NCBI RefSeq assembly: GCF_009914755.1
Contig: NC_060927.1
DNA from: the human T2T-CHM13v2.0 reference genome, Homo sapiens
Strand: one strand, 5' to 3'
DNA length: 64,000 nt
Below the pieces are notes generated by a model. It searched no databases. It was given only the letters and a program-made list of their open reading frames with translations, and was not told where the DNA came from. The position numbers and the translations under genes are program-made. Positions 29,661 to 44,218 of this stretch are shown here, one piece after another. How positions within the stretch are numbered: position 1 is the stretch's first letter; each line of letters begins with the position of its first letter.

Positions 29661-31586
29661 GGGCCTGGACGCCGGCATCCGGGCTCAGGACCCCCCTCTC
29701 TGCCAGAGGCACCAACACCAGAGTTCACAAATCAGTCTCCTGCCCTTTGCATGTAGCAAAGCTTGCTTTCCAAGCAGGACTCCCAGGGTGACTGAGGACT
29801 ACAGGCCACACCCGTTTGCTGGCAACGAGGAGTCTTGTGGGCAAAGTGGGAGTCTGCAGCTGTTGCAGCCACAGGCCCTGCCCTCAGCCCTACCCCAGCC
29901 TCCCAGCTCCTCAGAGCTGTGTTGGCACCCGTGCTACGACATCCTGTTCCTCCAGCCCCTCGCTCCACCCTCAGCCACAAATCCATGTCCACCTCCTTCT
30001 TTCAGTCACCCATGAATTTCCCACTGAGTCCTGGCCCTCCTGAGCTCCTGCTTCTGGCACCTTGAAAATGACTTGGTTCTGTATAGAATTCCTCGGCCAG
30101 CAGCACACCCAGCATGTGGTGCAGAGCCCTCATCTCCCCTCTGCTGCTCCTCCTGCCATTCTCACCTGCTCCATCTGCCATTCAAGGCCCTAATGTGCCC
30201 ACTGTGACCTGCCTCTCACTTCATCTTCAGCCACTTCCTCTCCCAGACCCTGCTGCTCCGGCTTCTCTCACTACCTCTGATGGCTGGGCACACAGCCTGG
30301 CTACTCTCTAGCTTCTCAAGTATTCTCAGGCCTCGGGTCTCACCCTCTACTGTTTCCTCTGCCTGAAAGCCCACTTCTTCTCAACCTTATTGGCCTGGTG
30401 AACTCCTTCAAGGTCCAGGCCAAATGTTATCTTCTATGATCCCCTCCCCTTGTGAGGGGAGTTAATTGTCCTTAATTTATCCCTCTACTACAACTTTCAT
30501 TATGCCATGTTTATTTTTATATGTTTTTGCCTATGTCTGTTCTAGAGTATGAGCTCTTCAAGGGCAAGGCCTGTGTTTTATTCATCTTTGCAACTACATC
30601 AGGCTGAGCTCAGAGCTGAGGCTCAGTAAACATGCTGAATTGAATTTTAAAGAGTTTGATTTATTTTAGTGAAGTGGCTAATTTCAAACGGAATTTATTC
30701 AAGTTTGAATTAGTTCTTCCCTCCTCCCACTTCCTCTGTCTTCTCTCACCAGCTTTGCCTTCTCTCCCATCTCCCTTGTTTCCCCAGATTCATTCAGGCT
30801 CCCTAATCAAGAACCTATGTATGGTCTGAAGCCTGGCCTCCTCACTGCTACCCCCTGGCCTGGCCTGGTCAAAAGGGTGCACAGAGCCCAGCCATTCTAG
30901 AAAAGGCTACTCTTTGCACCCCTCTGCTCAGAGACCCCTCCTGATGGATTATGTCTGGGGTCCAGGAATAGCGATGGTTTCACATCCCCTGAAACATACC
31001 AAGCCCACCCTTTATGGTGTCATAGACAGCTTCCCAAGCTGACAAGGAAGCCCCTTCTTGCAGCTTTGCTGGGCCTGTGCTTCAACCCCAGACCTTCCTA
31101 GTAAGGGGGATGTCCATCCAGAACAGAAGGTGGCAGCCGGAGCAATCCCAGACCTGCTGGGCAATATGCTGGGCCTGGACCTCTGAAAGGACAACACCCA
31201 GACCGTGGCCCGTGCCCACACAGGTCCTGACCCTCAGCAGGTGCCAAGAAACACACGTGAAATGAATGAGTCATTACACACAAACATGGTACAACCCTTC
31301 CATTTGCTGGCCCTGAATATCCCCAAGACCCTCACACCATGGTCAGCTTCTCTTTTTCCCTTAGGAGGGGCGTCTGCAGTGAACTCAGACCTGGAGCCCT
31401 GTCTGAGGAGTGCCACGTCTGACTCCATAGCCCCTCATACAGTCTAGGCCTCTGCCTGCTATGCATAGACCTGGGGGAGGGAGGCAGGAACCTTTGTAGC
31501 AATTCTTCCTACAGTGGGCATTTGGGCCCCAGGCCATCCCCAGCAACTGCCACATCTGACCAGCCTGCTGTCTCCTGCCATTGCAG

Positions 31587-31679
31587 GTGTATGTGCTGAA
31601 GCGGCCACATGTGGACGAGTTCCTCCAGAGGATGGGGCAGCTTTTTGAATGTGTGCTCTTTACTGCCAGCTTGGCCAAG
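31587..31679 (+). CDS. CTDSPL: CTDSPL exon 6 ([31 protein letters not shown])
   Basis: tgcAG acceptor, GTgagt donor; FCP1-like KRP and FTAS motifs. Confidence 0.98.
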
Positions 31680-32195
31680 GTGAGTCCTGCTTCCCAGCCC
31701 CACACTCCCAGCCTGGTACTCCCAGCCCCTCCACCCCTACCCCCAATCTGTCAAGCAGCCCTTTGTTTTGGTGGGGGAAGCCATTTCTATGGTGACAGGT
31801 TCCCACCCCAGATGGGATGGATGCAGGCCATGTGCATGGTGCCAGTCTGAAAGCCTTCTGGGTTACCATGGTGACAGGGAGCACTTAGAACAAATGCTCC
31901 ATGAAGTTGCTGTGTGCAGCCACCTGAAGCTGGGTGTCCACAGTCCAGAGAATCACAAACAGGTCCAGTGTAATGGACAAAGGATGGTGTACCCCTCAAC
32001 CATTGACTGTCAGCCAACTGCTAGAGGCCCCTGTGTCCTTGGGTTTTGCTTTCACAGATTTGAGGGAGAAGCAAGTGAGAGATAAGTGTTGGACACTCAC
32101 CCACATGCTTGGGCTGAATGAGAGTTCCAACTGCCCTAATGAGCTGTATGATCTGAGGCAAGTTACTTCACTTCTCATGTCAGTTTCTTCTATAA

Positions 32196-32709
<514 letters not shown>

Positions 32710-34124
32710 TCAGACATATCTTGATCCTAAAGCTTGATATGAATCTGACCTAAAATCTACACTGGCTCTGATCAAATAGAATGGTTTCTTTGTCCTCTCC
32801 ACTGTTTAAGGAAACTAGCAGGTTCCCAAGCCTCCCAGTATGGTTTAGTCTCCCCCTTCACAGGTGTGGCAGGGTGCCTGTGCTGTGTGGGGCAGGCAGG
32901 GTAGGCCTTGCTTCTCCCAGGAGATCTTTGCCTTGACCATTTCCCAAACTCTGACTCTGATGGGGCTGACACCATCCATTTGTTGGTAGCACCACAGTTG
33001 TCTCCATGGGCATCTCAGGGACCCTGAGTGGTCCCAAAGATGAGTTTTCTGGGGCCCAGGTTAACCATTTGCCTGTCTCCAGGACATCACACAGTAGCTT
33101 CCTCCGCCATGTCCTGCTTCTGGACGGTGCCCTGATGCCCATACTCCCTTCTCTTCCTCTGCATGTTCCACTGCTTTGCTGGCCTGGCCATTGCTGGTTG
33201 GGTCCATCTCTGTGATGATTGAGGGGCGGGAGAGCCCCACTTGCACAAATGCTGCCAGACTTATCACCAGGCCTTAGAGCATGAACCAGTGGAGTGGGAT
33301 TCAAAATCCTCGTCCTTATTTTTGCATTTCAAAAAGAGAACAAGGCCTCAGGGAAAATAGAGTCTTCCCCAGTGGGTAATCTTTCAGATGAGTGGTACCA
33401 AGATTAATTGTTATCTGTAGCATCAGTGGCTCTTCCAACAGTGCTCTGGGATGCTGAAGGGCCTGAAGTAATAACCAAAGAAATAAACAAGAAGATTGCA
33501 CCAATAGCAGTGAAGTGAGAGCTGTTTTTTGTTTGGGAAAATTGAGAACACTCTTCCTTGGCATTGTCCCCAGCATTTGCTTAAACATCCTTGTTCGGTT
33601 ACTCTTCCTGGATGGCTCCCACCTGCCCCACCATCTGTCTCTTCAACCCTTCTCTTGCTGCTACTCCAGCCTTGCTGAGCCGAATCAGCTCCCACGTGCA
33701 GCCTTCCACCCTCTTTCCTCGCTGAGGTACATGTCCTGCTGATGGGTGGTCATGCCCCTGTCCTTGGCTCTGGACTCGGCTTCCAGCCAGCAGTAGTGGT
33801 GCAGTGGACCTCCTTGCCTGCTGCCCAGGAGCCCGCAGGAACCTCAAGCTGACTGTCGTAGCCTTTCAGTATCTGCTTCATTGTCATTCCTTCCTTCATT
33901 CACCCAGCAAATATTTACTTAGTACCTATTGTGTGCCAGGCACAGTACTAAATACTGGGGATATAGCAAAGAAAAAAAGAGACAAAGTCCCTCCCCTTGT
34001 GAAGCTTACATTCTTCACATTCATTCTCTAAGGCCTGGAGGCCTCAGACTCAGACACTCTTGAAAGATAGGTGCTACCACAAGTGTTCATGATTATGAGG
34101 AAATAGATCATCTTTTTCCATTTA

Positions 34125-34338
34125 GAGCAAGCTTGTCCAGCCTGTGACCCACAGGGCGCGTGCAGCCCAGGACAGCTTTAGACGTGGCCCAACACAAATT
34201 CGTAAACTTTCTTAAAACGTTAGGAGATTTTTTTTAAAGCTCATCAGCTATTGTTAGTGATAGTGTATTTTATGTGTGGCCCAAGACAATTCTTCTTCCA
34301 ATGTGGCCCAGGGAAGCCGAAAGATGGGATACCCCTGA
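34125..34338. mobile_element. MER30 (hAT-Charlie)
   Basis: gcaagcttgtccagcc...gcccaacacaaattcgtaaactttcttaaaac...gtggcccagggaagcc.aaagat.gga.acccctg. Confidence 0.88.
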
Positions 34339-34998
34339 TCTGGACTCAGTTGCCTACAACCCACCCACGTGGCCCCTGGTTAGCCTCACCAGCAGATGAC
34401 TGTAGTGCCCTGAGCTCTCACCTCCCTTGGCCAGTAGGAAACACAGCTGCTCCTGGACTCTGCCTCCTACAGGATGTCCTTGGAGAGGAGAGGATGTTCC
34501 CACGGAATCATAGCTGCTGCTTGCAGCTTTGCAGCCCACGTCCCACAGCTGTGCTGGCACTTGCTCTGCACTCCACTACTGGCCTTCCCAGCGCCACCAG
34601 CCACAGGTGCTCTCTGCCTCCCTGGCAGAGTCACTGGGTCCCGCTGATGCCTGGTTGTACCCCTTACTTGGTCTTGGTGCAGGGGCCTGGCCTCGTGTCA
34701 GGCTTGGCAACTGCTCCTGTTTCTTCCAGGCCTAGCCACTCAGTATGGCCCACTCTTTTAGGTATCTTCAGTTATGAGGATTTTCTCTCAGAAACCCCTT
34801 TATTTCTTTCTCCAAGCCTGCTTTGGGGGAAATTTCCTAGGTCATGAGAGAGGGCCAGGCAGGATGATCCGCAACTGTGAGCTGGGCTCAAACTCCCATC
34901 CAGCTCCTGGGCTTCAAGGAAGTGGATGGGCATCTATGGGAGTGGACGGCTGGGCACCATCCTGTCACTCAGGGGCTGGTCTGGCCCAAGTGCCCAGA

Positions 34999-35017
34999 GG
35001 ACCTCTAGGGGGCAGTG
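34999..35017 (+). promoter_or_regulatory. Candidate CTCF site GGACCTCTAGGGGGCAGTG
   Basis: Close match to the CTCF core CC(A/T)C(C/T)AG(G/A)(G/T)GGC(A/G). Confidence 0.6.
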
Positions 35018-35049
35018 TCATGCCATTCAAGACACATTGGAGCCAGCTC

Positions 35050-35720
35050 ATTCATTCAGTGGTGAAATTCATGTTTACTGAGCCCCTCTTGTGGTAGATA
35101 CTCTGGGAGGTGCTAGGGATGTGGTGGTGGGGATGTTTCAGGCCTGGGCCCTGACAAGGAGAGAGGAAATCAAGCAATCCCACATAGTACTCCACTCTGT
35201 GAGGGAAACAACCCAGAAAGGAAGATAGATGTGGCTCTAGGTGGATGGGAGAGGAAGTCAAGACCTGAAAAACCAGGAGACAGATGTTCTGCAAAGAGCT
35301 GGGGAGAGAATGCATGCAGAGGGAACACTGGTACAAAGGTCCTGACCATACTCAAAGCCAGTGTGGCTCCAGGGGCTCCAGATGGAGCTCATTCAGCTGT
35401 GCCATGTGGGACGCAGCAGTGAGGAACGTGGGCCTTACTCCAAGTGCGGTGTGTAGACAGTGGAGAGTTTTCAGCAGAGGAGTGACATGATGGCACATAT
35501 GTTTTCCAGTGGCCACTCTGACAGCTTCTAGGTGAATGGGCTAGAAAGGAGGCCCCGTGGGAAAGACAGGTTTTTCACGAGGCTCACACAGCCATCCCAG
35601 GCCAGAGATTCGAGGCCCAGGCTAAGGGTGGTGGCAATATAAATAGATGCAAATGGAGTCAGGCTATCTTTGGAGATGAAACTGACAATTCCTGATGGTT
35701 GGATGTGAGAGAAATGGAAG
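35050..35720 (-). mobile_element. L2 fragment
   Basis: ttcattca..atgtttactgagc start and ttttcagcagaggagtgacatgat motif. Confidence 0.65.
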
Positions 35721-35888
35721 AATCCAGTGCCATCTTATGTACACGGAGAGGAAAATAACCAGGATCCTAAGACACATCTAATTATTAAATCCATTTTTAA
35801 AAAACGTAATCTGGATCTTGCTGCTGTAGTTCAGGGTTTGGGGGGCTCTTTTAAACACCCAGCCTTCATTGTGACACGTCTTTTCCAG

Positions 35889-36074
35889 TATGCAGACCCT
35901 GTGGCTGACCTCCTAGACCGCTGGGGTGTGTTCCGGGCCCGGCTCTTCAGAGAATCATGTGTTTTTCATCGTGGGAACTACGTGAAGGACCTGAGTCGCC
36001 TTGGGCGGGAGCTGAGCAAAGTGATCATTGTTGACAATTCCCCTGCCTCATACATCTTCCATCCTGAGAATGCA
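35889..36074 (+). CDS. CTDSPL: CTDSPL exon 7 ([10 protein letters not shown]...[30 protein letters not shown])
   Basis: ttccAG acceptor, GTaagt donor; conserved KDL and DN motifs. Confidence 0.98.
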
Positions 36075-36179
36075 GTAAGTGGCCCCAAAGAAAGAAAATG
36101 TCGTGCTCCATCTGAGCCCTCTGTCTTGCCAGGCAGGTACCACTTTTGAGCACCTACACAAGAAGGTCTCTGGGCCTTT

Positions 36180-36380
36180 TCCTAATGAAATCCCAGCTCT
36201 GCCATTTAGCAGTTGCGTGTCATTGACCAAGTTATTTAACCTCACTGAGCCTCGGTTGCCTCATCTGTCAAATGGGAATTATAGGAATGCTGATCTCATA
36301 GGATCATTGGAGGTTGCAGTGTGGCAATATATAAAAAGCACTTAGAATAGTGCTTGAGACTGGTAAATGCTCTATAAGCC
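36180..36380 (+). mobile_element. MIR
   Basis: atcccagctctgccatttagcag..caagttatttaacctc.ctgagcctc.gtt.cctcatctgt.aaatggg. Confidence 0.85.
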
Positions 36381-36535
36381 TGTATCGTCTTATTGACATT
36401 TTTAGTATTGTTATTGACAAGGGTTCTGCTGGCAGTAACCTCCTGGAGCCAGCTACTGCGTAGGACTTCATGACCCCTGTAGACTAAGGAGGCCTGGTTG
36501 ATCTCTTTAACAGAAGTATTTCTTAAGAATGAATA

Positions 36536-36839
<304 letters not shown>

Positions 36840-37786
36840 TCAATAAGGTCTTCAAATAAGACTGCCAAGCTTTGCTACCTCATCATGATGTCTAAAAAGC
36901 ACCCATTGGGAACATTTCATTCATAAAGCTCCCTGGACCATGGCAGCTCTCGGTGCCTACTCACTGGGTGCAGCACAACTCTCAGGGCAAGAAGGACTGC
37001 CTTCCTGCCTGCTGCCTGACACTTCCAGGGGAAAAGAGGCCAACCAGGGCCTCTGGTGACTGCTGACCCCTCAGTCTCTGCCACATCAGGCCCCTAGACC
37101 AGGCATTTTTCCCTGGAGAGGATGCTTCCTCTCAAGCACAGGCTTCTCAGATTCTACAAAAGCCTGCAAAGTCCTTTCCTTGAATCCAGAACTCTGCAGT
37201 CTCGCTTATAACCAAAAAAAATTCAAACTCAATTAATTTGGCTAGTGTGGAATCATTATTTGAATAAATACTCCAAATGTATTTCTATGTAAATGTGTTC
37301 ATTTTACTGAGTAAATCAAATTCAACATAATATATTTGGTAACGTGTCTCTAACAGATAAGGATTGCTTTTTAATATAATCACAAGTCACGGTCAGATCT
37401 GACAAAGTAACAGTTTCTTACATTGTCTAATATCCAGACTGTGTTCATATTGTCCCTATCATCTCGAAGTGTTGTGCATTTGGAGTATTTCAATCGGGAT
37501 CCAAAAAGATCCATGCATTGCTTTGGTTACTATGTCTCTTCATTCTTTTGCAATCTTAACACGTCTCCCTTTCCTCCCCTTTTCTCTTTTATGCCATTTA
37601 TTTGTTGAAGAAGCCCTGGTGTTTTGTCTTGTAGAAATCTCCTACATTCTGGATTTGTCCAGCTGCTGTCTTGTGATGATGTTTAATATGTTCTTATAGC
37701 CACCTTATATCCTCTAAACAAGTAATTAGAGCTCTACTGCTTGATTAGATTCGATTTTTTTTTTTTTTGCAAGAATATATCATAGA

Positions 37787-38130
<344 letters not shown>

Positions 38131-38497
38131 TCATATCAAGGAGGCATAAAATGTCAGGTTAGCCCACTTTTAAAGATTTAAAATTCATCATTGGGTTCAG
38201 GTGGTGTTAGCCTGATCCATCTATTATAAAATTCTCCCATGAACCTTTCACCTCATAATTTTAGCAGTTGTTGGTGATCATTGTCTACACCCACTATTTC
38301 ATGAGGAATTGCAAAATGGCAATTTCTATTTTCAGACTAATGAGTTGGTGTTCTAGCGGCCTCCAAAAGTAGCCAATAATTTTTTTTTAGTATCATTATG
38401 AACTCATGGATTTGTTGTAGTTTCAGTCCATTTATTATTCTTTTGCATGCTCTAATTTTCACCTTTGGCTATGGACACTAATAACAAGTCTTTGATA

Positions 38498-38862
38498 TAG
38501 GTTGAATATTCTTTATCTAAAATGCTTGGTACCAGAAGTGTCTTGGATTTTGGATTTTTTAGGATTTTGGAATATTTGCATATACATAATTGGATATCTT
38601 GGGGATGGAACCAAGTCTAAACATGAAATTCATTTCTGTTTTATGTACAGCTTATACACATAGCCTAAAGGTAATTTTATACAATATTTTTTATAATTTG
38701 GGGACACTAAATAAACTGTGTATCATGTGCCTGTGTTTTCACTACCACCTGGCACACGAGGTCAAGTGTAGAATTTTCCACTTGTGGTGCCATTGCTCAA
38801 AAAATTTTGGATTTTGAGGCATTTCGGGACTCAGATTTTTCAGATTAGGGATGCTCAACCTG
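38498..38862. mobile_element. Tigger4b/MER46-like TcMar DNA transposon
   Basis: Terminal inverted repeats (t)aggttgaatatt... and ...gggatgctcaacctg, flanked by TA. Confidence 0.85.
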
Positions 38863-39354
38863 TAGCTTCCTTACTTTCTTAAACAACAAGATGTTCCAGG
38901 CTCATGATGAACATTTCTTGCCTCAGCCCTGGAACCAGCCATTTTTGTATGGTGCCTGGTCCCTATTAGTGGAAGTGGTATTTAGAGACCACAGTTTAGG
39001 TGGATTTTCATTGCTAATGGGATATACTTTACTTCTAGCCCATACTACAGGGCAGAGCTAAAAATGACATATTTTTAGAAAGAAAACTAAATCATAAGTT
39101 CATACTGGTTTTTCCAATACAACGTTACGTTTTTATGTAACTTCTTTGCTTGTTTTGTTTTTGTATCCCTTTCTCTTATGCTGCAACTCTTGATTTCTAA
39201 AGATATTAACATAATTATATAATTGATCTGTAGTGTATGTTTAATAATTTCAGTAGCGGTACTAAATTATGGCTAATAATAAGACAACTCTATGCAGTTT
39301 AGGAATTTTTAGAGAGATGTACAGTTATAACACCATGTTTTAAAATCACTTGAA

Positions 39355-39955
<601 letters not shown>

Positions 39956-40921
39956 ATCACTTGAAGTAATTGTGTGGTTGTGTCACCAATTTTATATACA
40001 CTTAGATTCACTTTTATTGCTTTTTTTCTTAATGGTTTAATTGTATTTTAATTATATAACACATTTACATGGTTCCGACATCAAAACTATAAATAAAGAC
40101 AGAGAAGTGTGTCCATTTCTGCCCTCTCCTCCACTCTCTCCCCATCCCCTAGGCGTAGTCATTTCTTTATTAGTCCTTACTTTATTTTTCAAAGTTACGT
40201 AATAAATGTCTATGTTTCTAAGCTATCTTTAGATTTGTAAAAGGGCTAAAATGTTACTTTTAAACATGTTTGGTTTATTCAAATTTGTTTATAAATCTCT
40301 CCTTTGTACCCCTGGCTACCACCCCTCCCCACTCCTCTGCCTAAAACTAAGGGAAAATCCTGTCTTTGCCCATAGCTTCAGAATGTTCTGCAATTTTAGA
40401 CTTTTACTTTTAACTGATCACTGTTAAGCAAGGGAGGAAATTTACCACTTCTCTTTGTGATGTAATATTGCACAGTGACCCTAAGTGGAAGCCTTCCTGT
40501 GTCCTGGATGTGAGCTCCGCGCTGTCAGTGGTTGGCTTGTAAGCTCTGGCTCCAAGTGTTCTGAGGTGCAAGGAACCGATCTTGTGCAGTAGAAAGAGCT
40601 TTTGGAAGTTGGCAAGTAGCAAGGCTAGTTCTCATACATTCTATGCTCTGGCCACCTTTTTCTGTGGCAGGAAAACAAAACAGGCAAATGCACACAAACT
40701 GGGTACATTTAACTTTGCCTCCCTGAGCCATCTCCCAAGCCATTTAGCTTTGGATTGGCCTCAATTTGAACAAGGGAACAAACAAAATCATGATGATAAC
40801 GATGATGACACCAGTCGTCCTTACTAAAGAAAGTGCTCAAAGTCCGGGTACCCGGTTAGGTTAGGAGCAGCCCCCAGCGCTAGATGCAGTCCTGCTGCCT
40901 CCTCCATGCACTGTCTTCCAG

Positions 40922-41047
40922 GTGCCTGTGCAGTCCTGGTTCGATGACATGACGGACACGGAGCTGCTGGACCTCATCCCCTTCTTTGAGGGCCTGAGCC
41001 GGGAGGACGACGTGTACAGCATGCTGCACAGACTCTGCAATAGGTAG
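40922..41047 (+). CDS. CTDSPL: CTDSPL last coding exon ([41 protein letters not shown])
   Basis: cttccAG acceptor and TAG stop at 41045-47. The exons here sum to 752 nt; adding a 79-nt exon-1 portion gives 831 nt (276 aa). Confidence 0.98.
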
Positions 41048-43464
41048 CCCTGGCCTCTGCCTGCCTCCCGCCTGTGCACTCTGGAACCTCTGGCCTCAGG
41101 GGACCTGCCTGTCCTCAGCTCCCTGGGAGCTGAAAGTGAGGATACTCCGTGCTCCAGGCCACAGGGTGAATGTGGCCATGCCTACCTGTTTTGTTTTTTT
41201 AAGAACAGAAACAACTATTTTAAAAGAACTCTTTTAAGAAATTTCATAAAGGGACATGCATTTTACTGGGTTTGCTTTTCTTAAAACATACCAAAAAAGA
41301 AAAAAATAGAAAAAAAAAAAAAAAAAGCTTGATCTCTATCAGACTTCCTTTCAACTGTCCTCCCCTCCAAGCAGACCACCTGTCCCCTTCTATCCCAGCT
41401 CAGAGCAGCTGACCCAACTCAGAATCTCTTTCCTACAGGATGAAGTGCCTTTTGAATGTTATTTTAAGCCGAGAGTTAATTTTTCTACACAACATATTTC
41501 CAGACATCTTTTAGTCTTTTATTGTCTTAGATACTATAAGAAGATGAACATGACAATTTTCTAGAACCTGGTAGCGTGTGTGTGTGTGGCGGGGGGTGCT
41601 GAGGGAGGGGAGTGAGTCACAGGAGCCTGTCCCCCAACAGGTGTGACTGCTCTGACAACCTGTGGCATGCTGCAGGGTCAGGCTCCTGATAGGAGGATTT
41701 CATGACTATGTCATTGTCTCCACTCATTTTTGACCCAGTTTGGAATGTATCTGCAATTGTGTGGCTCAACACTTTAGGAAACAATAGATTATTTTATATT
41801 ATTATTTCTGATGGTGACAAGTTTGTCTTGAGGTCACATTTTCTCCTTGAAAAGTGACATCCTGTCACTTCTGCTCTCACACTACTGCCATACATTTGTG
41901 TTTTTTGTTGTTATTGTTTGGGTAGAGCAGTTACAAGAAACCCTAAAACCCTTGGATATAAAAGAAATCTGTTTATTGATTTTTAAATCTTTCCTTTCCA
42001 AAAGCTGGATACACATGGAGCTGTTTGGGAATTTTCCTTGCTGCTACCGCGCTGCCACCAAATGGAATTGACCAGCGGCTGTTACACTGTTCTTTGCCAC
42101 TGTGCCTATGCTCAGAATATGCTCACTGCTAAGCTACAAACTCGGACAGGGTCAGAAACAGAGGTGTCCCATCCCATTGCAGCCTCCACCACCTGTAACC
42201 CCTTCCTGGCATTGGCCACTGAAGGGTACAAAGGCAAAAGGACCACAGCACCACTTAGGTGTAGCATGGATTTTAAACTGCAGTCAGTATCAGATCCTGT
42301 TTGATAAATAAGCTGACTGTTCTCTCTTGAGAACCTGTGGCCTCAACCAGCCACCAAGCTGATGTGGCCCAAGTCCATCTCTTGGTCTTCTCCTTTGAAG
42401 CACAGCCTATTTCTGAGCCAAGGGTTGGGGAAGCCTGTCTAGATGTGGGACTCATTGCCCCAAACCAGGGAGAGGAAGAGCTCCCACAGGGAGAGCCCAG
42501 GCTCTCTTTGCAGCCTTTCCCAGTTTGGTGTTTAAGCAGTGCCATGTTCCTTGTTTGACAACAAGACAGTCTGTAAAGTATTGCTCTTAAAAACAATTAA
42601 AAAGAACCCTTTCATATTGGCACCATTGCCTTAGTCCTCTGTGGGTTGGTCTTCAGCCAGCATTCTGGTGGGAGTGACTGGCATTAACAAGACTGGAAAT
42701 CGGGGGTCAAAGTAAAATATCTTTGTTTTGCTTTCATTCACAAAGTAATGAAGCCAGCTGCCAATTACATCCTCCCAACAGCACTTTGGTCTGTGGACTG
42801 CTGTGTGAATATTCAGAAGGGAAGTAAGTATTCAGGGGGTAAACAGGTCTCCCAGCATTCTGAGTGTTCCAAACCAGTAATCCACATGCCAATTCAAATA
42901 GAACAGCCCCTTGCTAGATATTACCACAGATAATGACAGTTACATGGTAGAACTGCCCATGCCACAAATATTTATTTGGAAAAGTAGTCATTAAATGAAC
43001 CCACTGCCTTAAATGTCTTGAATGTTGCAGTCAAGTGTCTGTCATGTGTTGATATCCACACAGAATTAGGCCCTAATGAGAGCCTTAGACCCTCAACCAT
43101 GCCCCCTTCGTTGGCATCACAGGGCCTTATTTGGAAGAGCGGGCAAAGAGGATGGAAATCATAAAATATTTCATGGGAATCGAACCTAGGGATAGTGCTC
43201 CACTTCTGACGATGGAGTGAAGACACTTGGCAGACTTGAGCCAGACACTTCACCTAGTAGTTCCTGAAACTGTGAGCACCACTGCACTAAGCCAGTGCGG
43301 AGCTGTTAGGGACGGGCCCAGCTCCTGCACCACGGACACAGAATGTCTGGAGAGGGCCAGCAGGCCCTCTGAGGGTTCTGGAATCTGTGCACCTTATTTG
43401 ACCACACTCCAAAATTCTGTTTTTATTTTAACCCTTGAATCTGCTTTATGTACATAATCAAAAT

Positions 43465-43497
43465 ATCTATATCTATATCTATATCTATATCTATATA
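43465..43497 (+). repeat. (ATCTAT)n hexamer microsatellite in the CTDSPL 3'UTR
   Basis: atctat repeated about 5 times. Confidence 0.9.
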
Positions 43498-44212
43498 TTT
43501 TTAATCATCTACATGTAAATGAAGCAATAGAATTCTAACATAAGGCCAAGAAATGAGACGAATGTTTGGGGTTTATGTTTTTTAAGGTAAATACGGGTAT
43601 TGTTTTTAATTATTACCATGTATTAAATTGTGGGCTTTGAAACCTAATGAAACCTGTTAGCCACTTCTCTGTGCCATATACTTCCCATGTTACCAAAATA
43701 CCCCCAACTCTTTAGCCAAAAGAGAACCCTGACCTCCTGAGTTTCCATGCTCCTTTCTGTACCAGGTTTAAATGTAGTCTTCTGGAGAAGTATTTTTGAC
43801 ATTGAGCTCTGGGACAGGACACCTTGGGTTTGTGGACTGCAGCCCACTATGATGTTATTACTTCTCTGGCCAGGCCTCCAGTGGAAGTGCACAGGCACTC
43901 CCAATGTTGTTAATGCTCTGTCTTCCATTTGTTCTGGAATCCTACGTGTTGGTCTGTGGTTCCATGCATTAGCTGTTTGTAAATAATGCATTTGCATACT
44001 GAAAAAGGAATGCCACCTGCCACAGTTGATGGTGAGGAAGCTCCTTTGACGTGGTGCAATTTTGATGAGATGTCTCTGGGGACACGAGGATGCCCTAATG
44101 ATGCTGACTTGTCATGGTTGCAGCATTTGAACTTTTGGTGTTAAAAAAAAAAACCTGTAAGTCTGTAACCTGGCAACATTTTACAACCCTGTATTTTTAA
44201 AGATGGCTTTCT

Positions 44213-44218
44213 AATAAA
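44213..44218 (+). terminator. Candidate proximal polyadenylation signal AATAAA
   Basis: Canonical hexamer with upstream TGTA (CFIm) motifs and downstream gtttgtg. Confidence 0.55.

Noticed and set aside
31581-31850. 89-aa ORF
   Set aside because: CTDSPL exon 6 read through into the intron; TTG start.
34251-34847. 198-aa ORF
   Set aside because: It starts at a TTG inside MER30, has no domain similarity and no splice context.
35727-36149. 140-aa ORF containing phosphatase motifs
   Set aside because: It is CTDSPL exon 7 with open intronic flanks and a non-ATG start, not a separate gene.
41293-41326. A-rich tract in the 3'UTR considered as a transcript end or retro-insertion
   Set aside because: No upstream AATAAA and no TSD; more likely a genomic A run that causes internal priming.
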